Of a stretch of DNA of 45,902 bases, positions 18,223 through 27,257 are shown piece by piece. The notes beneath the pieces were generated by a model, which was given only the letters and a program-made list of their open reading frames with translations, searched no databases and had not been told where the DNA came from. This stretch comes from Candidatus Bathyarchaeia archaeon. Lineage in GTDB: Archaea; Thermoproteota; Bathyarchaeia; Bathyarchaeales; Bathycorpusculaceae. The DNA is taken from positions 1 through 45,902 of the forward strand of contig JBEKBM010000026.1 of NCBI GenBank assembly GCA_050015395.1. Reading direction: 5' to 3'. Position 1 is the first letter of the stretch; each line of letters opens with the position of its first letter. The position numbers were made by a program, and so were the translations under genes.

Positions 18223-18491
18223 CAGTAGTTCCGAAAGTGTCTGGCACTTGCTTGGGTATAACGCTTTTACTTGCTAAGCATAGTTGCAAGCCAGCTTAAG
18301 GCTGCTTGAAAGCCTTCAACGACGCCTAAGAGTGTTTACCTGCATAAGCCTGAGCAATCCAAGCCAAGAAACCACTCAAACGTTACTGCCAGCCCAACTG
18401 TACCGTCAAAATGTACCGTCAAAACGTATATAACTACACCTACCCGGTAGGTAGTAGAGCACACAAAGCTAACCCACTTACGGATCTACTG
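18223..18491 (+). mobile_element. MITE copy 1 (269 bp)
   Basis: TIRs CAGTAGTTCCGAAAGTG / CACTTACGGATCTACTG (15/17 complementary); 5-bp TSD TTAAG at 18218-18222 and 18492-18496; homologous to 34904-35182. Confidence 0.88.
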
Positions 18492-18515
18492 TTAAGTAAA
18501 GAGAGAAAGTAGAGT

Positions 18516-21410
18516 TTATTCGATGTATATTGCTGGTTGGTAAGGCATAGCCATCACTGCACGATTCTTAGGGTCATAACGTTTCTGATAATCTTCGCTG
18601 AACACGCATACTTCAGCTTTAAAGCGTTCCTTCAAAAAGCCAAGTGCACTATCCAAGATTTCTTTCTCATCCACAGCTTTAATTTTTAGCATGTTAACTT
18701 TTCTTTCATTTGCCAGTTTATTTAAAGCCTTCATCACTCTTGGAACCATGCCTGCAATGTCCTTCATGTGCGGCTTCAGGTCCTTGTCGGCGGCAAATTC
18801 TTTCATTAACTCGTTAATCTTTGCCTCGCCAGCTAAGGTTTTGTCCAAAACTTTCAGGTACACCTGCCACTTCCATGACGCAGCTGTGAAGTAGCATACG
18901 CGTTTAGGTGTAATCTTCATAGCTTTTAGGATATTGGAAGTGTCTGCCATTACATCAATTATCAGGTTCTCCTGCTCTTCCGCAGCTACGTCAACTTTTG
19001 CCTCATCAAACAATGGCCATTTTGCAACGCTAATGAATCCTGCGTCGCCTGTTTGGCTCCAAAGTTCCTCGCACATGAAAGGCGCGAAAGGTGCAAGCAT
19101 TTTAAGCCAAATTTTCACTGCTTCGCCCAGCGCTTTAGCGTCAGTGCTGCCTTTTCGTTGGATATACCAGCGCAGGTCATTCCAAGTTTCAAACAAGGCA
19201 ATCTGCAAGGCGGTTCGGGTTTTAAGCTCATCTAAGCTGACTGTGACATCTTTAATTCTGTGTTGAAGTTTGCTTTGCAGCCATCGTTCCAGTACTGTGT
19301 CTTCTTCTTTTTTGGCAGAAGCGATTACTGCGCTTGCGAAACTGCATAACGCTTCAAACTTGCCTTGCAAGTCGCTTACGTTTTCCGCTCGCCAGTCAGG
19401 GTCATCCATGCCCTCTGCACCCAGCAACAGTGCGCTGCGGGTGGCGTCGGCTCCATACTTTTCAACGGCGCCCTTCATTGTTACGAAGTTGCCTTTGCTC
19501 TTGTGCATTTGTTTGCCTTCAACCATGAGCATACCGTTTACTCCTATGGCTTTGGGCCAGTGTTCAGGCGGAAACAGGGCTGCATGATGGAATATGCAGA
19601 AGGTCAAATGGTTGGGTACAAGTTCTTTAGCTGAATTTCTAAGGTCAAAAGGGTACCAATACAAGAATTCCTGCCTCATTGCCTCCAAAACATCAATAGT
19701 TAATCCGCTATCTCTACCTATAGCTGAGATGACTGAAGCAGTGTCTTCTTTTCCGTAGAAAATATAGTCAAACACTTCGGGCGTTAAAGCTTCAGGCTTA
19801 ATGTTGTTTTGTTTTATGTGCTTGTTTATGGTGTAAAACGCCATGTAAATTGTTGAATCGCTTAGTGTCTCGATTATCCAGCCTTTTCCCCAAGGCAATG
19901 GAGTTCCGAAACCTGTGGTTCTGGCGCAAGCCCATTCTCTCAGCCAGTCTATAACGGTGTTGAACGATTGTTTGGCTGAGTCAGGGTAAATCGTCATTTG
20001 AGCCACTGCTTCTTTGGCTTTTGCCTTCCACTGTTGGTCGGAGTAGTTTAGGAACCACTGGTCTGAAAGTATCTTTACTATGCACTGGGTCATGCATCGG
20101 CAAACCACTGGCTCTGGCAAATCGTACATGTTGTCGGCGACGCCGAGCTTACGGAAATCAGCAATAAGCGTATCTTTTACGTCCCTGACGGATTTTCCAG
20201 CGTAAGGTCCGCAATTCTGCTTTAGCACTCCGCTGTGGAATTCTTTTTTGTATAATTGTTTTGTAGCCTCATCCGCTTTGGCATCATTCTGGTCTTTGAT
20301 GCCCATTTGTTGAACTATTTCAACGGCTGGGTACTCGCCGAAACCATCGACCTTAATTATTGAGATAGGTTTAATCCGCTTAACGACTTCAGGGTCAACG
20401 CCAAAATCCTTGAGAACCTCAGGCTTTTCCTGCAAATACTTGAGTGCCAGCCAATCGTACGGTGCGTGGGCGGGCACACTGTAAACGACTCCTGTAGCAG
20501 TTTTTGGGTCAACAAACCAGCCTGGCAAAATAGGAAACTTGCTTTTCGTTATAGGGTTTTCGAAAACTTTGCCAATAAGCTCCTTACCTTTAAACGAACG
20601 TTTTACTTGTGCTTTCTTTTCTTGCTCTTTAAGTTTCTCAGCGGCTTCTTGACTAATTATCCAGTTTTCCCCATTAACGGCTGCTTCAACGTATGTTGCG
20701 TCGGGATTTATCCACATGTTTGTAATGCCATAGATTGTTTCGGGACGGAAAGTTGCCGCTGGCAAAAACGTGTTCTCGTCAAGCTTGTATTTTATCAACG
20801 TGTATTCTTCTGGAGTGACGCCTTCGCCTACTTGGCGGTCATGGTCTCCTGTTGGGCTTTGGTCTTTTGGGCACCACACAACAGGATGCGTTCCCCGCGT
20901 GACGTAGCCTTTTTCTTTGAGGTTTTTGTATTGCCACTCAATAAATTTCTGGTAAGTCGGCATTATGGTGGTGAATTCGCGTCGCCAATCTACTGAGAAA
21001 CCTATGCTTTTAACGGCTAAGCGTCCCTCATTAGTGTAATATTGAGCCATATACAACGGGTCAACAAACTTTTTCAATTCTGATTCTGGAACGCCGTCAA
21101 CTTCACGGAGAACTCGAATGAAGGCTTCGTCACCTCTCGCTACTCGCTGGCTGGCTCCTAGAAGCGGTTGTCCCGTCCAATGCCAACCCCAAGGCCAAAG
21201 CACGTTGTAACCTTGCATACGCTTGAACCTAGCGTAAGCGTCAACACGTGAAGCCGTGAACGTGTGCCCCACATGTAATGGGCCATTCATGTATGGGTAT
21301 GGAAAAGTCACCATTATTTTCTTTCTTTTTGGGTCTGGGTCAGCCTCAAAAATGTGGGCGTTTTCCCATTTGGCTTGCCATTTCTGCTCGATTTGCTTGG
21401 TTTGGCTCAT
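18516..21410 (-). CDS. leuS: Leucine--tRNA ligase (archaeal type)
   Basis: FPYPYMNGPLHVGH (HIGH), CP1 editing domain ATFRPET, KQMHKSKG (KMSKS-like). Confidence 0.97.
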   Translation of the reverse strand: MSQTKQIEQKWQAKWENAHIFEADPDPKRKKIMVTFPYPYMNGPLHVGHTFTASRVDAYARFKRMQGYNVLWPWGWHWTGQPLLGASQRVARGDEAFIRVLREVDGVPESELKKFVDPLYMAQYYTNEGRLAVKSIGFSVDWRREFTTIMPTYQKFIEWQYKNLKEKGYVTRGTHPVVWCPKDQSPTGDHDRQVGEGVTPEEYTLIKYKLDENTFLPAATFRPETIYGITNMWINPDATYVEAAVNGENWIISQEAAEKLKEQEKKAQVKRSFKGKELIGKVFENPITKSKFPILPGWFVDPKTATGVVYSVPAHAPYDWLALKYLQEKPEVLKDFGVDPEVVKRIKPISIIKVDGFGEYPAVEIVQQMGIKDQNDAKADEATKQLYKKEFHSGVLKQNCGPYAGKSVRDVKDTLIADFRKLGVADNMYDLPEPVVCRCMTQCIVKILSDQWFLNYSDQQWKAKAKEAVAQMTIYPDSAKQSFNTVIDWLREWACARTTGFGTPLPWGKGWIIETLSDSTIYMAFYTINKHIKQNNIKPEALTPEVFDYIFYGKEDTASVISAIGRDSGLTIDVLEAMRQEFLYWYPFDLRNSAKELVPNHLTFCIFHHAALFPPEHWPKAIGVNGMLMVEGKQMHKSKGNFVTMKGAVEKYGADATRSALLLGAEGMDDPDWRAENVSDLQGKFEALCSFASAVIASAKKEEDTVLERWLQSKLQHRIKDVTVSLDELKTRTALQIALFETWNDLRWYIQRKGSTDAKALGEAVKIWLKMLAPFAPFMCEELWSQTGDAGFISVAKWPLFDEAKVDVAAEEQENLIIDVMADTSNILKAMKITPKRVCYFTAASWKWQVYLKVLDKTLAGEAKINELMKEFAADKDLKPHMKDIAGMVPRVMKALNKLANERKVNMLKIKAVDEKEILDSALGFLKERFKAEVCVFSEDYQKRYDPKNRAVMAMPYQPAIYIE

Positions 21411-21622
21411 GAAACTTGTGATTAAATCATTGGCTATTAAGAGTTTTGCTTTAACGGTTCCTCAATAGTTTGTTTAACTATCTCAAGCGCAAAAAAGACG
21501 TTGGTAAGAACATTACAAATCTTGCTTGTACTGCCTGGCTGTTACCGAGTGCAAGCACAAAAGGCGATAAGCGGAAAAGAAGTCTTATGTACTTGATTTT
21601 AACACATAGAAAGTGATGAAGC

Positions 21623-22003
21623 ATGCAAGATAATACAGAAACAAGAATTAAGCAAGACCTTTTTGCTGAAATCCAAAATTTAGAACAAAATTATAAGGTA
21701 ATCGAGAGTTTTCTTTCAGGAAAAGAATATGATACTATAGCTATTGGCGGAGCAATTCAAGCTTTCAAAGACAGCTTAAGTCGAGCCAGCGCATTCGTCC
21801 TTGCCCTATACAACCTGAAAGGTAAACGAGTTAGCATTCCATGGGAGCCCCTCTTTACAAGTTTAGATTATGCTTTAGCAACGATTGCGGTTTCTTCATC
21901 GCCAAAGCAGAAAGCGGCAGTTAAAACCATCCTATCCATGTCTGAAGAGCAAATCGGGCAGGTTCTATCTTACTTTTCAGCTCTGAAGGAGTCGCTGAAA
22001 TAA
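21623..22003 (+). CDS. Hypothetical helical protein
   Basis: 126-aa ORF with ATG and upstream GTGA; protein-like composition. Confidence 0.7.
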   Translation: MQDNTETRIKQDLFAEIQNLEQNYKVIESFLSGKEYDTIAIGGAIQAFKDSLSRASAFVLALYNLKGKRVSIPWEPLFTSLDYALATIAVSSSPKQKAAVKTILSMSEEQIGQVLSYFSALKESLK

Positions 22004-22238
22004 GTAGAAAACTAAGTTGCAAGTATTTTTCGACATAGAGACGAAGATTATTGGGTGCTTCCAGATATCCTCCGAAAATGGGGCACGGTTCTAACTAAAC
22101 TGTAAACTGAATGAGTAAACAAGCCGTAAAGACAGCCAACGTTACGGTAAGACGTAAACATATGTGACTGACTTTATCACAGTAGCACTAAGATCTTTCT
22201 AATGAACACAAGACGCTAAACGTAGAAAAAGTAGAAAC

Positions 22239-22361
22239 TCAAGTCATTGGTCGTTTCTTTCGAGCATACCACCAATCATAAACTTCGCCAAAGCAGTAGA
22301 CAAAAATGACCATGCCAACAAAGAAAGACACATCCGCAATAATGATGTCTATATCACTCAA
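22239..22361 (-). CDS. Small single-TM protein MSDIDIIIADVSFFVGMVIFVYCFGEVYDWWYARKKRPMT (not in ORF track)
   Basis: TTG start; acidic N-terminus, one TM and a basic tail. Confidence 0.5.
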   Translation of the reverse strand: MSDIDIIIADVSFFVGMVIFVYCFGEVYDWWYARKKRPMT

Positions 22362-22471
22362 GTCTATCACAAATTTTGCTCAAGCTGTCCAAGCTTAAAA
22401 CAGTTATTTCGGAATTCGGCTACGTTATTGAAATGAAATAAAGCGGTAAAGGGTCTAATTAAAAGTAAAAT

Positions 22472-22897
22472 TTATTTGATATTCTTGAATTCGTCTAGTA
22501 AATCGTTGAGTTGAGCGAATAATTCGAGAAAACGGTATCCTCTTTCGGTTGTAACGTATTTGTTTAGTTTTTTCTCAAGCAAACCCTGAGATATTAAAGC
22601 GTTCATTTGGCTTTTAAGCTGGGAATAATTTAGGTTTGCATTGTACATTATGCTGGTTTTTGTTTTTTGTTGCTCGCAGAAAAGTAGAATCTCTGCTATA
22701 ATATCCATTTTTCCTCTTCTTGAGCCCTTAGCAATACTCCATTCTTTTTCATGTTTTAGAAGAGCAAACTGGAGTTCTTGTGAATTTAATTTTGCGGTTC
22801 CAAGTAAACTGCTTGTCAAACTACCTTCCCCATGTTTAATTTGATTTATGGCTTCTTTGGCTCTTAAACGAATGTGATTGTACATCAACAATAACAA
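22472..22897 (-). CDS. Winged-helix DNA-binding protein (archaeal HTH_45-like)
   Basis: RRGKMDIIAEIL...KTSIMYNANLNY...YVTTERGYRFL. Confidence 0.85.
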   Translation of the reverse strand: MLLLMYNHIRLRAKEAINQIKHGEGSLTSSLLGTAKLNSQELQFALLKHEKEWSIAKGSRRGKMDIIAEILLFCEQQKTKTSIMYNANLNYSQLKSQMNALISQGLLEKKLNKYVTTERGYRFLELFAQLNDLLDEFKNIK

Positions 22898-23219
22898 CCA
22901 ATCAAATTGGCGATTGTCTTCTCAGCGCTTCAGTTAAGTGGCGCCTTTTTGGCTAGGAACTGGTTATGGTTGGCTTTTAGCTTTGAGAAAAAGCGTGTAA
23001 ATAGTAGTCCCCTCCCCCGCTTTGAAGGGGTTGTTTTGGGTTGCTTTTTTGCTTTAGGGTTTGATTTGGCGTCTGGTTGTGGTGGAATTTGGTTAAAAAT
23101 GGCTTGGAAAGCTGTGTTTGACTCTGCAAAGTTCAATCCGCGTAGGGGCTAAATGAAACCTCAACGCTTTAAATAATAAGTAGGTCTAACATGCATAAGA
23201 AGCGAGGGATGCCACGTAA

Positions 23220-23648
23220 ATGCGTTTACTGCTATACTCCGACGGTGGAGCAAGAGGTAACCCTGGGCCAGCCGCTATAGCTTATTTAGCGTTAACGGAA
23301 AAAGGCGTGGTTGTAAAAGCGGATTCACGCTTCATAGGGATACATACGAATAACCAGTCAGAGTACAAAGCGTTGATAGCGGCATTGGAGTTTGCCATAG
23401 CTCTTAAAGTTGAAGAAGTCGTTTGCCACTTGGACAGCGAATTAGTCGCAAAACAGCTTAACGGGGAATACAGCGTAAAAAACTTTGAGTTACAAAAACT
23501 TTGGCGCAACGCAAAAGAATTGAAAAGCTGCTTTAAAAAAATAAGCTTTGTTAACGTTCCCCGAAGCAACCCTTACATTCAACGGGCAGATGCTCTTGTG
23601 AATAAAACTTTAGATGAAGAATCCAAAAAGATTTCGGAAAATTGCTAA
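23220..23648 (+). CDS. rnhA: Ribonuclease HI family protein
   Basis: YSDGGARGNPGPA, TNNQSEY, DSELV, VPR...ADALVN. Confidence 0.92.
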   Translation: MRLLLYSDGGARGNPGPAAIAYLALTEKGVVVKADSRFIGIHTNNQSEYKALIAALEFAIALKVEEVVCHLDSELVAKQLNGEYSVKNFELQKLWRNAKELKSCFKKISFVNVPRSNPYIQRADALVNKTLDEESKKISENC

Positions 23649-23823
23649 GTTTATGGCGAAGTGGCAGGGCTTATTGGACACGTTTTCACGTATAAGACGC
23701 AATTTCCAAAACTAAACTTGAGTTTTCACACGGTCTGGCTTGGATTCAAGTCTTCCTCAACCCGACCTGGAGGACACTTTCAGCAATCTGACGTTGTTCG
23801 ATCTAAGAAAAAGGAAGGCTGTT

Positions 23824-24219
23824 TTATTTCTTTAATGCTTCACGCATCCGTTTGATTTTTTCTTCGTCATCCACATTCATTTTTCTCTCAATTTCATTTT
23901 CTTCCCCAATTCTCTTGTTGTGCTGTTGCACGTGCTCGTTAGTGGAATTCACGAGTTTTTTTACCAACTCAATTATATCATTGATTTTGTTGGGTGTACT
24001 GAGCACATAAATGCTCATTCCTTCAAAATCGACTTCGGAGTCTAACGGTATCGGTTTTTTTCGTAACTCATCATAAAAGAAATCCTTCCAAACAGAATCA
24101 GGCACTGCTTCTAACAATAAATTAAACTTGAATGTTTCTTTAGTTCCTGGCACCTTCATTATTTCCAGCTTGGAAGGGTCGACAGGTCTTAGATTCACAA
24201 CAATAGTTTTTGTTTTCAT
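23824..24219 (-). CDS. Hypothetical protein
   Basis: 131-aa ORF, ATG with GAGGG upstream, coiled-coil-like C-terminus. Confidence 0.65.
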   Translation of the reverse strand: MKTKTIVVNLRPVDPSKLEIMKVPGTKETFKFNLLLEAVPDSVWKDFFYDELRKKPIPLDSEVDFEGMSIYVLSTPNKINDIIELVKKLVNSTNEHVQQHNKRIGEENEIERKMNVDDEEKIKRMREALKK

Positions 24220-24351
24220 CGCTAACCCTCGCTAATTCTGAATAACTAATAGTTTTAATTTAAGTCTTTTGAACAACGGAAAAGTTGCTCAAGAAGCGTT
24301 AAGGTCTTCTGAAAGCACACGTGACCCATGCCTCATAGGTTTATGCTTTAC

Positions 24352-24484
24352 CAAGAAACTAACGACCAATTCACCGTTAAAGTTGCTGATACTATGGAAG
24401 AGGCAATTAAGCTGATGGAAGTAGGTTTTGGCTTTCATGCTGACTGAGATTGAAGGACATAAGCTATTCAGGAAGCGAAAGTGA
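24352..24484 (+). pseudogene. C-terminal remnant of an archaeal tyrosine recombinase/integrase
   Basis: ETNDQFTVKVADTMEEAIKLMEVGF..[frameshift]..EIEGHKLFRKRK*, resembling the C-terminal tail of archaeal integrases (recognised from memory). Confidence 0.6.
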
Positions 24485-24561
24485 GATAATGGATTATTCC
24501 AAAAACAAAGGGGTTATAACAAACCCTGCGTTCGTAAGCATAAGGAACATGGGGTGAGAAA

Positions 24562-24948
24562 GTGTTTGTTCATGCAAGCATTCGTACAAGCAACATGACG
24601 AGATCCATTGACTTTTACACCAGACTTCTAGGCCTGAAGCTTCTGAGTCGCCGAGAGATTAAGCAGACTAACGCTGAAATCGCTTTCCTTCAAGACGCAG
24701 AGGGCGAAGGCTGCACGCTTGAATTAACCTTCTACCGTAACCAAAAGAATTTCAATCAACCTGAATATGAAGAGCGATTGTTTGATCATTTAGGGTTTGA
24801 AGTTGCAGACATGGGCAAGGCTATTGCTGCTTTGCGGAAGGAAAATGTGACGATTAGTGATGAGCCCTTCAAACTTGGATCGAATGGACCAGTAATTGCC
24901 TTTGTTGAGGATCCAGATGGAACGCTTATTGAGTTAATTGAAAGGTAA
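24562..24948 (+). CDS. VOC family protein (glyoxalase I / lactoylglutathione lyase-like)
   Basis: FVHASIR, SIDFYT, LELT, FDHLGFEV, AFVEDPDGTLIELIE. Confidence 0.9.
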   Translation: MFVHASIRTSNMTRSIDFYTRLLGLKLLSRREIKQTNAEIAFLQDAEGEGCTLELTFYRNQKNFNQPEYEERLFDHLGFEVADMGKAIAALRKENVTISDEPFKLGSNGPVIAFVEDPDGTLIELIER

Positions 24949-24949
24949 G

Positions 24950-25255
24950 CTACAGGTTAATCATGATATCGTTATTTTCAACTTTTAGTTCGTATGTAGG
25001 TTCAGGTTTAACTGTTGGTCCTTTAACAAAATTGCCTGTTTTAAGGTCAAAGGTGGATCCGTGGCACGGGCATATGACTGTTTCACCTTTAAGTTTTCCC
25101 TTAGATAATTGACAACCCCTGTGTGCGCACACATTGCCGATGGCATAGTAATTTCCGTTTACGTTGGCGAGCAATATTTTTTTGTTGTTGATTGTTACGC
25201 CCATCATACTGTTTGGTTTTGCATCGTTTGTTGACGCTAACTTGATAAATCCCAT
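24950..25255 (-). CDS. Rieske [2Fe-2S] ferredoxin
   Basis: CAH...CPCHGSTFDLKTG. Confidence 0.93.
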   Translation of the reverse strand: MGFIKLASTNDAKPNSMMGVTINNKKILLANVNGNYYAIGNVCAHRGCQLSKGKLKGETVICPCHGSTFDLKTGNFVKGPTVKPEPTYELKVENNDIMINL

Positions 25256-25290
25256 AACATATCGCCTCCCAAAAACATATTTTTAAAAAG

Positions 25291-25728
25291 TTACTCGTAG
25301 AATCTTGGCCTAACTTTCTTGCTGTATTCCTCTATAGCTTTGGCTCTTTCTTCTTCCTCTTTATCTTTGGCTTCAGCTTCTTTTTCAGCAGGTTGAGCAA
25401 CGGACTTGTCAAATTCTCCGTCAACACTCTTGTATGAGCCTTCAAGAGCAGTAATGTAAATTTTAAAATCGCCAATCGTGCTTTCCGCCTGCCTGTGAGA
25501 TGCATGCACCTGCTCAGAAACAAGAATTATCAAGTCTAGCATACTGCGAAGTGTTTGCCTATCCGCTTCTGGCGAATGGTCGTAGTATCTTTGGAAGACG
25601 CTTAAAAGGTCCATAAACATGTCGTCTACCTCTCTGGTTTCCCGCCTAAACATGTTCTCAGAAGTAAGCGATTTAGTTTTCAGATAAAGCATAAGATTCT
25701 TAAGAATAGCTGTATCGCAACTGGACAA
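25291..25728 (-). CDS. Hypothetical protein
   Basis: ORF with charged helical C-terminus; true start probably at a downstream Met. Confidence 0.55.
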   Translation of the reverse strand: MSSCDTAILKNLMLYLKTKSLTSENMFRRETREVDDMFMDLLSVFQRYYDHSPEADRQTLRSMLDLIILVSEQVHASHRQAESTIGDFKIYITALEGSYKSVDGEFDKSVAQPAEKEAEAKDKEEEERAKAIEEYSKKVRPRFYE

Positions 25729-26194
25729 AACAAAAACCCCAATTTAATTATGGTTAGTGACTGAATTATATTTTTTGGTATCGAGTTCAAAAATATTCGG
25801 CAAAGACTTTTTCGCAATCTTATTTGTCATTTAATAGTGCTTGCGTAAGACTATAGCTACATTATGGGGTAACTGGGTTTTTGGTTGCTTTTAGCCGCCT
25901 GCTTATCAATCCTTTGGGAAAAGCTACGTTAAAGTATCAGAAGTTAAAAGTGTAGAAAGAGATTGAAGAAAACTATTTTTTCTAGCCGTTTCATTAATAT
26001 GGATGTTTAAATGGAACTTTATTATAATAATATGGTAGAATAGCAGAAGCTTTTTGGCTTTATTATCTTGAAAATGACCGTTCAATGTTTAGGGGGGGGT
26101 TCATTGCTGTTTTTTTCCGGATGATTAATGCTTTGAAAGAGGAAATAGGTGAAATAGTAACACGCCTTTAGTTGGACGCAAATCAATTGCCTTC

Positions 26195-27244
26195 ATGCTT
26201 CTCGGTTTGGTAGCTTTTACACTATACTTGTGGTTCTTTGTAGGGTTTGGTGGTCTTTTTAGTCTTCTAAGTAAACTTAACGTTTACCAATATTCGCTGT
26301 TTTTCTCGTTAGCTGTAATTTCGCTTTTTCTAGCAGTAGTTTTCGATTCTTTAATATGGCATAGTTTGCTGGGTTCCTTATCGGTTAAAATTAAGCTGAG
26401 AAAAATCATACTTTACAATTGGATTGGAAACTTTGTTGAGTTAGTTGTTCCAAGCGCAACAGTTGGCGGAGAATTAACACGAATAGTCTTAGCTCAAAAA
26501 GAAACAAAAAATGACCCTGGAATAGCCGCTGGAGCAGTAATTGGTTCACGCATAATCAGCACATTTGTTTATTCAGGCGGATTACTGGTCAGTTTTCTAA
26601 TGCTTTTGCTTTATCATCAATTGCCAATTTACCTGCTTACACCTGTTATTTTAGTGTCAATTGGAACTGCTGGAGTGATAGCAGTTGTTTTTATTATAGC
26701 TTTCAAGGAAAGCGCCGGTGAGAAAATAGTCAACTTTTCCATGTGGATAGCGAGACGTGTAACAAAGAACCCAATAACATTAGGTAATTTAAGAGAAAAA
26801 ATTTCTGATTCCCTGTCTTCTTTCAGCGAAGCATTTAGAACCTTTAAAGCTAACCCGCGTTACCTAATAAAACCAGTCATTTTCGCTATTATTGCTTGGC
26901 TGTTTAATATAATTGTTTACTTGATGATTTTTTATTCGCTTAACTTTACAGGCATCTCCATCATTGATTTAGCTACCATATATTGTATTGTCACAACTGT
27001 CGAAACCGTAACGGCGGGCTTCCCCGTCGGCGCAGTAGAAGTTACCATGATTAGTCTTTTCGCTTTATATGGCGTTCCAATCGTTGTTGCAGCAGCCGCA
27101 ACCACGTTAACTCGATTATTGACTTTCTGGTGCCAAGTACTTATTGGTTACTCGCTTGTAGAGTGGATAGGTGTTAAATCTTTAATCAAAAGTAATGTAG
27201 CTAGCGGATTAATGATGAAAGCGCCGATTTTGAGAGAAGAATAA
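26195..27244 (+). CDS. Lysylphosphatidylglycerol synthase TM / flippase-like (UPF0104) membrane protein
   Basis: VPSATVGGELTR, PVGAVE and TRLLTFW motifs; about 8-9 TM. Confidence 0.85.
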   Translation: MLLGLVAFTLYLWFFVGFGGLFSLLSKLNVYQYSLFFSLAVISLFLAVVFDSLIWHSLLGSLSVKIKLRKIILYNWIGNFVELVVPSATVGGELTRIVLAQKETKNDPGIAAGAVIGSRIISTFVYSGGLLVSFLMLLLYHQLPIYLLTPVILVSIGTAGVIAVVFIIAFKESAGEKIVNFSMWIARRVTKNPITLGNLREKISDSLSSFSEAFRTFKANPRYLIKPVIFAIIAWLFNIIVYLMIFYSLNFTGISIIDLATIYCIVTTVETVTAGFPVGAVEVTMISLFALYGVPIVVAAAATTLTRLLTFWCQVLIGYSLVEWIGVKSLIKSNVASGLMMKAPILREE

Positions 27245-27257
27245 TTCGACTAAACTG

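Noticed and set aside
18399-18424. Tandem duplication TGTACCGTCAAAA x2
   Set aside because: Internal to MITE copy 1, in a segment that is variable between copies; not an independent feature.
18691-21468. Multiple plus-strand ORFs inside leuS (likewise inside GH2, tuf, MFS, mptG, UvrD and the M50 gene)
   Set aside because: Antisense or alternate-frame shadows of well-supported genes.
22907-23152. Overlapping 81-aa (+) and 68-aa (-) ORFs between wHTH and rnhA
   Set aside because: Low-complexity G/T-skewed sequence without SD or recognisable domain; probably non-coding.
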